Positions 30,078-39,436 of a stretch of 53,780 bases of DNA are shown here, piece after piece. The position numbers and the translations under genes are program-made. Each line of letters begins with the position of its first letter. Positions within the stretch are counted from its first letter, which is position 1. Under the pieces are notes generated by a model. The model was not told the DNA's origin. It saw nothing but the letters and a program-made list of their open reading frames with translations, and did not search any database. Origin of the DNA: Caballeronia sp. GTDB taxonomy: Bacteria > Pseudomonadota > Gammaproteobacteria > Burkholderiales > Burkholderiaceae. The DNA is taken from positions 1-53,780 of the forward strand of contig DASYLW010000003.1 of NCBI GenBank assembly GCA_036009385.1, in the 5' to 3' direction.

Positions 30078-31181
30078 ATGAGTACAGAAAACCTGCTTGA
30101 CGATCGAACGTCGACCGTGGCGCCGCACCCGAAAAAAGTCGCGCGCCGCAACCGGCTGTTCATGCTGCTCTTCGGTATAGCGCTGTTGCTCGCGCTAGCT
30201 GCGGGCGTGCACTGGTGGACTGTCGGCCGCTATGTGGAGGAAACCGACAATGCGTATGTCGGCGGTAATGTCGTGCCGATCGCCGCTCACGCTGCCGGCA
30301 CTGTGCGCGAAGTCACTGTCGGCAATACTCAATACGTGAAGGCGGGGCAAGTGCTCGTGCTACTCGACGATACCGACGCACAAGCCGCACTGACCCAGGC
30401 GCAAGCACGCCTCGTCCAGGTGAAGCGGCAGGCGCGCAGCGCGAGCTATTCGAACGCGATGTACGCGGCCGCCGTCGACGCCCGCACGGCCGAACTGAAG
30501 CTTGCCGAACAGATGCTCAAGGCCCGTTCCGGGGCGAGCGTTGAAGTGGTATCGACGGAAGAATTTGCACGCGCGACAGAATCCGTCGCGCTCGCACGGG
30601 CGAACCTTGCCTCGGCGCAAAGTCAGTTAGCCAGCGGCCTCGCGATGAGCGGTTCAGGGCCGCTAGAAGACGATCCCGCCGTGGTCCAGGCAGAGCAGCA
30701 AGTAAAGCTTGCACAGGTTGCGGTGGCGCGTACCGTGATTGTTGCACCGGTCGAAGGCAGCATCGCCCAGCGCTCGGTCGAGATCGGGCAACCGGTCAAC
30801 GCGGGTATCCAGCTCATGACGGTCGTGCCGCTCAAGCACCTATGGATACAGGCAAACTTCAAGGAGGGACAAGTCCGTAATTTGCGGATCGGTCAGCCCG
30901 CAACGATCGTCTCGGATCTCTATGGTTCGAGTGTCAAGTTTCACGGCCGGATCGGCGGGTTGTCACCGGGAACAGGCAGCGCCTTTTCGATGCTGCCCCC
31001 CGAGAACGCAGCCGGAAACTGGATCAAGGTCGTGCAGCGTGTCCCGGTACTCGTGCTGCTGGATCCCGCGGAACTGGCCGAGCATCCGTTGCGAGTGGGA
31101 CTCTCCACAACCGTCGAGGTAGATACGCAAGATCTTGCCGGCAAGCCGGTCAGTGCCGCCGTCGGTGCATCGATCCGTTAA
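30078..31181 (+). CDS. HlyD/EmrA-family membrane fusion protein
   Basis: N-terminal TM segment; motifs TDNAYV, ANFKE and ENAAGNWIKVVQRVPV. Confidence 0.92.
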   Translation: MSTENLLDDRTSTVAPHPKKVARRNRLFMLLFGIALLLALAAGVHWWTVGRYVEETDNAYVGGNVVPIAAHAAGTVREVTVGNTQYVKAGQVLVLLDDTDAQAALTQAQARLVQVKRQARSASYSNAMYAAAVDARTAELKLAEQMLKARSGASVEVVSTEEFARATESVALARANLASAQSQLASGLAMSGSGPLEDDPAVVQAEQQVKLAQVAVARTVIVAPVEGSIAQRSVEIGQPVNAGIQLMTVVPLKHLWIQANFKEGQVRNLRIGQPATIVSDLYGSSVKFHGRIGGLSPGTGSAFSMLPPENAAGNWIKVVQRVPVLVLLDPAELAEHPLRVGLSTTVEVDTQDLAGKPVSAAVGASIR

Positions 31182-31254
31182 ATGAACTCACGCGTGGTTC
31201 CGCTTCGAACAATCCGGTCAGCTTGCCGACCATTCACTACTTGGAAGACGTCAA

Positions 31255-32334
31255 ATGATCCTGGTCACGGGCGGTGCTGGTTTTATTGGAGCGAACTTCA
31301 TTCTTGACTGGCTGCGGACATCGGACGAGCCCGTTCTGAATGTAGACAACCTGACTTACGCGGGCAATCTGCAAACGCTGTCGCCGCTGCGGGACCACCC
31401 CGGGCACGTCTTCTCTCAAGTTGATATTTGCGACCGGACCGCGCTCGACGGTTTGCTGAAGCAGCACACGCCACGTGCGGTGCTCCATTTCGCAGCGGAA
31501 AGTCACGTCGACCGGTCAATCCATGGCCCGGCGGATTTCGTGCAGACCAATCTCGTGGGAACATTCACGTTGCTCGAAGCCGTGCGTTGTTATCTGCAAA
31601 CCCTCAGCGAGGCAAGCAAAGCCAAGTTCCGCTTCCTGCATGTTTCGACAGACGAAGTGTACGGCTCGCTATCGGCCACCGATCCGCAGTTCTCCGAAAC
31701 TACGCCCTACGCACCGAACAGCCCATATGCCGCGACGAAAGCCGGATCGGATCATCTGGTTCGTGCCTATCACCATACGTACGGTTTGGAGACCCTCACC
31801 ACTAACTGCTCCAACAACTACGGTCCGTACCAGTTCCCGGAGAAGCTGATCCCGCTGATGATCGCGAACGCGCTCGCAGGCAAACCCCTACCCGTCTATG
31901 GCGATGGCCAGAACGTGCGCGACTGGCTGTATGTCGGCGACCATTGCAGCGCGATTCGCGAAGTGCTTCAGCGCGGCAAGCCTGGCGAAACGTACAACGT
32001 CGGCGGCTGGAACGAGAAAAAGAACCTCGATGTCGTGCATACGCTATGCGATCTGCTCGACCAGCTTAGGCCTAAGGTGAGCGGTTCGTATCGCAGCCAG
32101 ATCATCAGCGTCAAGGATCGCCCGGGGCACGACCGCCGCTATGCGATCGATGCACGCAAGCTCGAGCGTGAACTTGGCTGGAGACCGGTCGAGACGTTTG
32201 AAACCGGATTGGCCAGGACGGTCCAGTGGTATCTCGACAATCAGGCATGGTCCGATGAAGTCGCATCCGGCGAATACCGGACGTGGGTTGAGACCAACTA
32301 CGCACAGCGTGCTGTGACACCAGAACATTATTAG
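31255..32334 (+). CDS. rmlB: dTDP-glucose 4,6-dehydratase
   Basis: Motifs [26 protein letters not shown] and RPGHDRRY. Confidence 0.96.
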   Translation: MILVTGGAGFIGANFILDWLRTSDEPVLNVDNLTYAGNLQTLSPLRDHPGHVFSQVDICDRTALDGLLKQHTPRAVLHFAAESHVDRSIHGPADFVQTNLVGTFTLLEAVRCYLQTLSEASKAKFRFLHVSTDEVYGSLSATDPQFSETTPYAPNSPYAATKAGSDHLVRAYHHTYGLETLTTNCSNNYGPYQFPEKLIPLMIANALAGKPLPVYGDGQNVRDWLYVGDHCSAIREVLQRGKPGETYNVGGWNEKKNLDVVHTLCDLLDQLRPKVSGSYRSQIISVKDRPGHDRRYAIDARKLERELGWRPVETFETGLARTVQWYLDNQAWSDEVASGEYRTWVETNYAQRAVTPEHY

Positions 32335-32346
32335 GGGACCACAAAA

Positions 32347-33240
32347 ATGGGGCGGAAAGGTTTGATTCTCGCCGGCGGTTCTGGCACGCGGCTGTATCCG
32401 ATAACGCATGTGGTATCGAAGCAATTGCTGCCCGTGTACGACAAGCCGATGATCTACTATCCACTGTCGACGCTAATGATTGCCGGTATTCGCGATGTGC
32501 TTGTCATCTCGACGCCGCAGGACACGCCGCGTTTCGAAGCAATGCTCGGCGACGGCAGCCAGTGGGGCATGAATATTCAGTATGCCGTGCAGCCGTCGCC
32601 CGATGGTTTGGCGCAAGCGTTCATCATCGGGCGCGACTTTATCGGCAATGACCTGTCGTCGCTGATTCTCGGCGACAACATTTTCTACGGCCACGATCTG
32701 CTCAAGCATCTGGAACGCGCGAACTCACGCACGCAAGGCGCAACCGTCTTCGCTTACCACGTGAACGATCCGGAACGTTACGGCGTGGTGGAGTTCGATA
32801 CGAACTTCCGTGCGTTGTCGATTGAAGAAAAACCGCTTGAGCCGCGCTCGAATTATGCAGTAACGGGTTTGTATTTCTACGACAACACCGTCTGCGATAT
32901 TGCCGCCGATATCAAACCGTCGTTACGCGGCGAGCTTGAGATCACCGATATCAACTCGTATTATCTCAAGCGGGAAAAGCTCGATGTCGAAATCATGGGC
33001 CGCGGTTTCGCATGGCTCGATACCGGTACGCATGATTCGCTGATCGAAGCAGCGACCTTCATTGCGACGCTTCAGAAACGGCAAGGCTTAGTGGTTGCTT
33101 GCCCGGAAGAAATTGCCTACCGGCGTCGATGGATCGACGACGAGCAATTGCTCAAGCTCGCTAAGCCGCTCGCCAAGAACGCGTACGGCCAATATTTACT
33201 CAACCTTTCCGCGGATCAAGTCGCATGGCCATCCAGGTAA
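32347..33240 (+). CDS. rmlA: Glucose-1-phosphate thymidylyltransferase
   Basis: Motifs [27 protein letters not shown] and WLDTGT. Confidence 0.96.
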   Translation: MGRKGLILAGGSGTRLYPITHVVSKQLLPVYDKPMIYYPLSTLMIAGIRDVLVISTPQDTPRFEAMLGDGSQWGMNIQYAVQPSPDGLAQAFIIGRDFIGNDLSSLILGDNIFYGHDLLKHLERANSRTQGATVFAYHVNDPERYGVVEFDTNFRALSIEEKPLEPRSNYAVTGLYFYDNTVCDIAADIKPSLRGELEITDINSYYLKREKLDVEIMGRGFAWLDTGTHDSLIEAATFIATLQKRQGLVVACPEEIAYRRRWIDDEQLLKLAKPLAKNAYGQYLLNLSADQVAWPSR

Positions 33241-33776
33241 CCGCTACGGCACTGCCCGAGGTCAAGATCATTGAACCGAAAGTCTTCGGCGATGCGCGTG
33301 GCCTTTTCCACGAAAGCTTCAATGCGCGTGAATTTTCCGAGCAAGTGGAGACGGGCGTTGCGTTCGTGCAGGACAACCACTCGCGTTCGGCACGCGGCGT
33401 ATTGCGCGGGTTGCACTACCAGATTGAACATGCGCAGGGAAAGCTGGTGCGTGTGGTGGAAGGCGAAGTGTTCGATGTCGCCGTCGATATCCGCAGACGT
33501 TCGCCGAACTTCGGCAAGTGGGTCGGTGTAAACCTGTCGGCGGAGAACCATCGGCAGGTTTGGGTGCCGCCGGGTTTTGCACACGGATTTGTGGTGTTGT
33601 CCGAGTCTGCGCAATTTCTCTATAAGACGACCGACTATTGGCATCCCGTGCATGAGCGCACCATTCGTTGGAGCGATCCGGAGATTGGAATTGAATGGCC
33701 AATCGACTTGGAACCGCTGCTCGCCGCCAAGGACGCAGCCGGCAAACGCCTCGTGGATGCCGAACACTTTATGTGA
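33225..33776 (+). CDS. rmlC: dTDP-4-dehydrorhamnose 3,5-epimerase
   Basis: Motifs DARG, QDNHS, LRGLH and GFAHGF. Confidence 0.95.
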   Translation: MAIQVTATALPEVKIIEPKVFGDARGLFHESFNAREFSEQVETGVAFVQDNHSRSARGVLRGLHYQIEHAQGKLVRVVEGEVFDVAVDIRRRSPNFGKWVGVNLSAENHRQVWVPPGFAHGFVVLSESAQFLYKTTDYWHPVHERTIRWSDPEIGIEWPIDLEPLLAAKDAAGKRLVDAEHFM

Positions 33777-33786
33777 GGATCATCGG

Positions 33787-34680
33787 ATGAAAGACAGCGG
33801 AAGACAAACCATCCTGCTGACCGGCGTCAATGGTCAAGTCGGGTTCGAACTGGCACGCAGCCTGCAAGGGCTTGGCCGTGTTGTAGCGTTTGATCGCAGC
33901 AAGATGGACCTGGCCGATCTTGACCAGATACGGCGCATTGTTCGCGAAGTGAAGCCAGCGCTGATTGTGAATCCGGCTGCCTACACCGCAGTTGACCGCG
34001 CGCAGAGCGAAGCGGATCTGGCCAAACGCATTAACGCGGAAGCGCCGGGCGTTTTGGGGGAGGAAGCCCGGCGTCTTGACGCCACCCTCATTCACTATTC
34101 CTCCGACTACGTCTTCGATGGCACGAAAGACGGCTCTTATGTTGAAGACGATATTCCGAACCCCAGCAGCGTATACGGCAAGAGCAAACATGCCGGAGAA
34201 CAAGCGATTGCCGCGTCGGGTTGCGCGCATCTTATTTTCCGAACGAGCTGGGTATATGGCGCTCGCGGCAAAAATTTCCTGACGACCATGCTTCGCCTGG
34301 GCGCTGAGCGCGATGAGTTGAACGTAGTCGCGGATCAGGTTGGCGCACCGACCTGGTCCGCAACGATTTCTGCCATGACATCGAGCGTGCTGTCGCAGGC
34401 TTTGAAAGGTGAACAGGACTGGTGGATGCAGTACTCGGGGGTCTATCATCTGAGCGCTTCCGGTGCGACCTCGTGGTGCGGTTTTGCTCAAGCCATCTTC
34501 GAACGCTCGCAGCTTGAAAAGAAACCTTTAGTGAAGCCAATCCTGACGGCGTCCTACCCGACACCCGCAGAGCGGCCGGCAAACTCCAGAATGTCGAATC
34601 ACAAGTTGGCCACGGCGTTTGGTCTGGAAGCCCCTGCGTGGGATGATGCATTGGCGCTTTGCATGGCCGGTATGGTTTGA
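33787..34680 (+). CDS. rmlD: dTDP-4-dehydrorhamnose reductase
   Basis: Motifs TGVNGQVG, AAYTAVD, SDYVFDG, YGKSK and DQVGAPT; start re-called at MKDS. Confidence 0.94.
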   Translation: MKDSGRQTILLTGVNGQVGFELARSLQGLGRVVAFDRSKMDLADLDQIRRIVREVKPALIVNPAAYTAVDRAQSEADLAKRINAEAPGVLGEEARRLDATLIHYSSDYVFDGTKDGSYVEDDIPNPSSVYGKSKHAGEQAIAASGCAHLIFRTSWVYGARGKNFLTTMLRLGAERDELNVVADQVGAPTWSATISAMTSSVLSQALKGEQDWWMQYSGVYHLSASGATSWCGFAQAIFERSQLEKKPLVKPILTASYPTPAERPANSRMSNHKLATAFGLEAPAWDDALALCMAGMV

Positions 34681-34708
34681 AAGGCGTGCGAGTCTTACAT
34701 CGCCTTAG

Positions 34709-34926
34709 TTCTGCTGTGTCATAGAGTTCATGCCATTATAGGAATTTCTTCATCCTTTGCATGAGGAAGTGAAGGACTGGGAAACATCGTTCGACGAGTA
34801 TCTGGAACATCTACGTGAAGCAGTCCGGCATAGGGATCGCCACTCCGGATTGATCGGCTATTATCGGGGGCTGATGCTGCTGTTCCGGCGCAAGGGTGGC
34901 TTGCACGTGATCCTTATCGCCTGCGT
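34709..34926 (+). mobile_element. IS701-family remnant (left end plus transposase N-terminus)
   Basis: FDEYLEHLREAVRHRDRHSGLIGYYRGLMLLFRRK resembles IS701 transposase N-termini. It is preceded by TTAG and the IR-like TTCTGCTGTGTCAT. Right boundary approximate. Confidence 0.65.
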
Positions 34927-34987
34927 CGTTTTCGAGGTCACAACCCGCGGCGCGATTGCAGGAAAATCACCGATTCAGGAGAAAGCA

Positions 34988-35389
34988 ATGAGCGAAATAC
35001 ATGGTTTAAAGCGGGTGCTGTTCGTCGGCCAGGAGCCTGAAACGGTCGACTTCTCGGACCCCGCGTTACCACCGGGGTTCGACGCCGCGAAGATCGATGC
35101 CGGGATCTCAGTGGGCATGCAGCAAATGGAGGCACATGGATGGCGTGCCGATCTCTGCCTGGTGAAACCAGATGAAACCGCGCCCAGTGCACTTGAGCGC
35201 CAATTGACAACCTCGACTTACGATTGTGTTGTGATCGGCGGCGGGATACGAATTCCCCCAAAAAGCTTGTTGCTCTTTGAGGCACTCGTCAATACTGCTC
35301 ACAAATGCGCTCCCAATGCGTCCATCGCGTTCAATACTCGCCCCGAAGACACAGCAGAGGCTGCAGCTCGCTGGCTTAATGGTAAATGA
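34988..35389 (+). CDS. Hypothetical protein (133 aa)
   Basis: AGGAG RBS; compact alpha/beta-like sequence (YDCVVIGGGIR, IAFNTRPED). The longer ORF in the track is an accidental fusion with the IS relic. Confidence 0.75.
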   Translation: MSEIHGLKRVLFVGQEPETVDFSDPALPPGFDAAKIDAGISVGMQQMEAHGWRADLCLVKPDETAPSALERQLTTSTYDCVVIGGGIRIPPKSLLLFEALVNTAHKCAPNASIAFNTRPEDTAEAAARWLNGK

Positions 35390-35601
35390 CAGAAATTTCG
35401 TTTCTGACGCGGGAGCTGCTTTTTCATACCCTCATGCCGTCGCGTTGGACACCGTCGTACCAATTGCTTTGGATTCATATGCTGGACGCAGATCACAGAT
35501 ATATGCCGTAACCCATGCGCACGAGCAAAGTCTTGAGCACTACCATCCCTTCACCGCTCTCAATCACATCGATCGGCCGGCGTTGGTCCGGCGCGAGAGC
35601 C

Positions 35602-36366
35602 CTATTTTCCCCCATCAACGCTCAATATCTGGCCGCTCACCCAGTTCGCCCAATCGGAGGCAAAAAAGAGAACCGCATGGGCGATATCATCTGGTGCGCC
35701 GAGCCGTTTTAATGCAATACGATGGATCAATTGTTGCTGCCCTTCTGCGCCCATTGCGTCCCATTGCCGTTCAGTCGAGGGATTGCTGCGGATGAAGCCG
35801 GGGGCAACGTTATTGACGGTAATGTTCCATGGGCCAAGTTCATGCGCCAGTTGCCGGGTTAGCCCGATTTGTCCCGCTTTGGCGCTCGCATAGGCCTGAA
35901 TGCCGGTCAGGCTGACGTCAAGGCCCGCCCGGCTGGAGATGTTGATAATGCGGCCAAAATTCTGTTCCTTCATCGAACTGACGGCAGCCTGCGACATCAG
36001 GAACGCGCCGGTCAGATTGACGTCCACAATCGCGTGCCACTGCTCGAATGTCACTTGCTCCAGCGGCTGACCTTGCTGGCCCACTACTCCACCCGCGTTA
36101 TTCACCAGCGTGTCGATCGCACAGTTTTCGGCGCCGAGCTGTGCAAAAAGAGCGGCAACTGCTTTGCCGTCACTGACGTCCAGATGAAATGCACGGCAGC
36201 CCGCGCCGCATAGTTCGGCTGTTTCCTGCGCCCCCGCGAGTTGGATATCGCAAGCGACCACCTGAGCGCCCCGCTGGGCGAACGCCAAGCAAATGGCGCG
36301 GCCAAAACCCTGCGCGGCACCGGTCACCAATACCCGGCGACGTGAGAAATCAAAGGCGTCAAGCAT
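35602..36366 (-). CDS. SDR family oxidoreductase
   Basis: Motifs TGAAQGFG, NNAG, YASAK, VAPG and SVDGG. Confidence 0.92.
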   Translation of the reverse strand: MLDAFDFSRRRVLVTGAAQGFGRAICLAFAQRGAQVVACDIQLAGAQETAELCGAGCRAFHLDVSDGKAVAALFAQLGAENCAIDTLVNNAGGVVGQQGQPLEQVTFEQWHAIVDVNLTGAFLMSQAAVSSMKEQNFGRIINISSRAGLDVSLTGIQAYASAKAGQIGLTRQLAHELGPWNITVNNVAPGFIRSNPSTERQWDAMGAEGQQQLIHRIALKRLGAPDDIAHAVLFFASDWANWVSGQILSVDGGK

Positions 36367-37432
36367 TGGCTGTTCCTCCAAGCAACGCCAGTGTGCCGAG
36401 TGTTTGCGGCAACAGGCCTTGTTCGATTTGGTGAATAAGCGAAACCAGCTGCGTGGTCAGCGGCATGGCAATACCGTAAGCTGTCCCGATAGCAATGGCC
36501 GGAGCAACTTGAGCGTCCACTTCCGTTTGCCGTTTCCGTACTGCCAGGTCACGCCAGATACCCGAGTGGGATTTTGCAGAGCGGCGGTTATGCGCCACCA
36601 TGTCATCGAAGGATTTCGTGGTTTGTTTCGCTGTCGCGTCAGGCAAGAAGGCCCGTGGATCAAACCCGTCAAAACCCTGCAAAGTGATTCCCTTGGCGGA
36701 CGCGACCGAGCCAATTTCCTGCGCCAGTCGTGTCAGCACCGGACGGCATTGCGCCCTGTCCAGGACATCGGCAATGCTGTCGTTACTCAGCGCGGTGGCG
36801 AACAGCAATGCGCCATAAATCATCTTGGCCCACAGGTATCCCCAGATATTCGGCGTCAGGATCGCATCGGCTTCGAACTGTTGCAGCAGGTGGAAAAGCG
36901 CCTCTGTACGGGGACGGGTCACGCCATCCAGTTCACCTATCACCACCGCACCGCGGCCACCAAGATGGATAATCCCCGGCTCGAGGAAGTCAGCACCGAA
37001 GTTAAGAAAAGCGCCGACCGTACGTTCATCGCCGATAAATTCAGCGATGGTACTTTCGTTGAGACCGTTTTGCATGGACACCACATAACCCTGCGGCGCA
37101 AGCAACGGCGTTATATCCCGCATGGCGGCCGGTGTGTGATGAGATTTGACTGCCAGCAATACGGCGCCGAGTTTCCCGCTAAATGCCTTCGCCATCTCTT
37201 CAGGCAAGAATGCTCGCGCCCTGACGCGCTGATCGCCCATCGGGCCAGTGATTCGGAGTCCATCACGGTTTATCGCCTCGACATGTGCAGCGACGTTATC
37301 GACGAAAATGACCTCTTCGCCTGCCTTGATGAAGGCCGCGCCAATCGCACCGCCAATCGCCCCCGCACCCCAGATGATCCATGGCGCGCGGTTATTTTCA
37401 TCTGATGCTAAAGCAGAGAACTTTTCTGACAT
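36359..37432 (-). CDS. Ketopantoate reductase (PanE/ApbA) family protein
   Basis: Motifs GAGAIG, LAVKS, MQNGL, LWAK and TEVD. Confidence 0.88.
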   Translation of the reverse strand: MSEKFSALASDENNRAPWIIWGAGAIGGAIGAAFIKAGEEVIFVDNVAAHVEAINRDGLRITGPMGDQRVRARAFLPEEMAKAFSGKLGAVLLAVKSHHTPAAMRDITPLLAPQGYVVSMQNGLNESTIAEFIGDERTVGAFLNFGADFLEPGIIHLGGRGAVVIGELDGVTRPRTEALFHLLQQFEADAILTPNIWGYLWAKMIYGALLFATALSNDSIADVLDRAQCRPVLTRLAQEIGSVASAKGITLQGFDGFDPRAFLPDATAKQTTKSFDDMVAHNRRSAKSHSGIWRDLAVRKRQTEVDAQVAPAIAIGTAYGIAMPLTTQLVSLIHQIEQGLLPQTLGTLALLGGTANA

Positions 37433-37457
37433 GGCTTGGACTCAAAGTGCAGATTGC

Positions 37458-38153
37458 TTAAAGTGATTCGATCGTGTCGCGGAGTTCGCTCACGGCCGTG
37501 TCCCAGATGGCCTGCATGTCGTCATCGGGGCGCTGATAGCTACCGCCATAGTTGCCGTCGCCAAGATACTGGCGCGCCTGCGCCGGGTTCATCTTGCGCA
37601 GCTCCGCCAGACTGATCATCTGCTTTCGGACATCCGGCTGGGTTACGTTATCGAGCCGCGTCCACGCGAAGTTTTCCATCCACGAAGCGTGTGAGGCCAC
37701 GGCATCGGTCGCGATCACTTTTTCCCACGTCAACGGCGCGTTCCACCAGTTGTACAGTTGCACGCTGACTTCGCGGTTATTCACCATCCATTCACTGATG
37801 ATGTTCTGCGCCGGCGAATTTCCACCATGGCCGTTCACCAGCAAAATACGGCGAAACCCCTGGCGTTTCAGGCTGTTGAGAATGTCGTATAACAAACCGA
37901 CATACGTCTGCATGCTTAGGCTGATGGTGCCGGGGTAATCACAGAAAGTTGGCGTCATGCCAAAGGGCATGACAGGGAACACCGGAACATTGCAGAGTCG
38001 GGCAGCGTCGACAGCGACCTTCTCCGCCAGAATCGAGTCGACCGACAGGCTCAAGAACGCGTGCTGTTCGGTGCTGCCCAAAGGCACAATGGCACGGTCA
38101 TCGGCCAACAGGTAATGTTCCAGCTGTTGCCAGTTCATTTCACTTATTTTCAT
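37458..38153 (-). CDS. Creatininase family amidohydrolase
   Basis: Motifs PLGSTEQH, VDS, NGHGGN and HASWME; start at MKISEMNW. Confidence 0.9.
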   Translation of the reverse strand: MKISEMNWQQLEHYLLADDRAIVPLGSTEQHAFLSLSVDSILAEKVAVDAARLCNVPVFPVMPFGMTPTFCDYPGTISLSMQTYVGLLYDILNSLKRQGFRRILLVNGHGGNSPAQNIISEWMVNNREVSVQLYNWWNAPLTWEKVIATDAVASHASWMENFAWTRLDNVTQPDVRKQMISLAELRKMNPAQARQYLGDGNYGGSYQRPDDDMQAIWDTAVSELRDTIESL

Positions 38154-39135
38154 TGGATTCCTTAGTGTCAGACGCGTTATGGATGCCCTGCTGCAGTAGC
38201 GGCAACACCACCCGCTGTATATCGCCCGCATCAGGAATGTGGCGGTATTCAAAAGCCTGCTGACCCGGTTGAAGCTGCGCAGCCAGTGCCTCGGCGCCAG
38301 TGGCGTACACCAGCGTGTCGGTATTTTTCAGTTGCGCCTCGAGCGCCGGATCGTCGCGCTGCATGACCGTGATCTGGTCCACGTGCGGCGCAAAACGGTG
38401 CACGCCGTTTTTCATCAGCGCGGTAAATTCCGGAAATATCGAAACAACGAGTACCCGGGCCAACGGATCAAGCGACGCGAGTGCGCGTCGCGTGTTTTCC
38501 GATGGAATAAAACTGATATTCAACACGCGCTGGCCGGGCAACAACTGGCTGACTTCACGACGGCGGTGAGCAAAGGTCAGCAGCAAGTCCGCGTCCGCCA
38601 TCCTCTGGCGGAGTGTCTGATCGTCCCTCAGATCGACGATTGTCGTAGCTTCGACGCTGGCAGTTTCTCCAAGCGTTTCGGCTACGCTTTCGGCGTAATC
38701 ACGCGCGGAATCAATAAAATTTCCGATCAAAAACACACGCTTTCTGCGTCGCTGCCGCTGACGGTCGCTGAAGCGGCTGCTGACCAGCGCGCCCAACTCC
38801 TGCGCGGTGAGCGCCATCGTAATACCGCAGTCGATCAACTCATCCACCCGCTGATGCAACAGACCGTAGTCCTGTGGGCGGATGGTCAACGCGTCTTTCG
38901 CATCGGCAATAAAGGTTCCCGAACCGGGCTTGCTGTAGATCAGTTCGGCTTCCTTTAATTCCCGGTAAACCTGTGCAACGGTCATTGGCGCAACGCCGAC
39001 CAATTCAGCCATTTCCCTCACTGACGGCAGTTTCTCGCCCGGCTTCAGCGCTTCGAATGTGATCGCATATTCAATCAGCCCGCGAAGCTGCATTCCGAGC
39101 GGTAGCGCAGAACTGCGGTCCAGATGAAATTCCAT
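38140..39135 (-). CDS. GntR (YtrA-like wHTH) transcriptional regulator with extended C-terminal domain
   Basis: PGEKLPSVREMA...PMTVAQVYREL...GSGTF. Confidence 0.88.
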   Translation of the reverse strand: MEFHLDRSSALPLGMQLRGLIEYAITFEALKPGEKLPSVREMAELVGVAPMTVAQVYRELKEAELIYSKPGSGTFIADAKDALTIRPQDYGLLHQRVDELIDCGITMALTAQELGALVSSRFSDRQRQRRRKRVFLIGNFIDSARDYAESVAETLGETASVEATTIVDLRDDQTLRQRMADADLLLTFAHRRREVSQLLPGQRVLNISFIPSENTRRALASLDPLARVLVVSIFPEFTALMKNGVHRFAPHVDQITVMQRDDPALEAQLKNTDTLVYATGAEALAAQLQPGQQAFEYRHIPDAGDIQRVVLPLLQQGIHNASDTKESNENK

Positions 39136-39156
39136 AACTTGGTTTGCCTTTTCATC

Positions 39157-39176
39157 CGTACTATCTTGTTAGTACG
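39157..39176. promoter_or_regulatory. Candidate GntR/YtrA operator
   Basis: Perfect inverted repeat CGTACTA-N6-TAGTACG 22 bp upstream of gntR; a degenerate copy TGTACCG-N6-TAGAACG is at 39312-39331. Confidence 0.65.
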
Positions 39177-39436
39177 ATACTGTCGTTTTTATGGTAACGC
39201 AAGAGTGTGCTACATAAAACGGTTTAAATATCCGACACCCTTTTTGTACAAAGCTTACAACGGATCTTCACGCGCGGAATATTGTCTGTTTGCGATCTTT
39301 CACCTAGATATTGTACCGTTACACTAGAACGGATCATGGTGGCGACACGAAACACCGAGCGATTTCTACCGACTTCGGGACCACTAAAAAACTTTCCTGG
39401 CGAGCACTTTTTTCTGACGATTAGAGAGGCATTGCA

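Noticed and set aside
34757-35389. 210-aa protein as a single gene
   Set aside because: In-frame fusion of the IS relic and a separate gene that has its own RBS at 34988.
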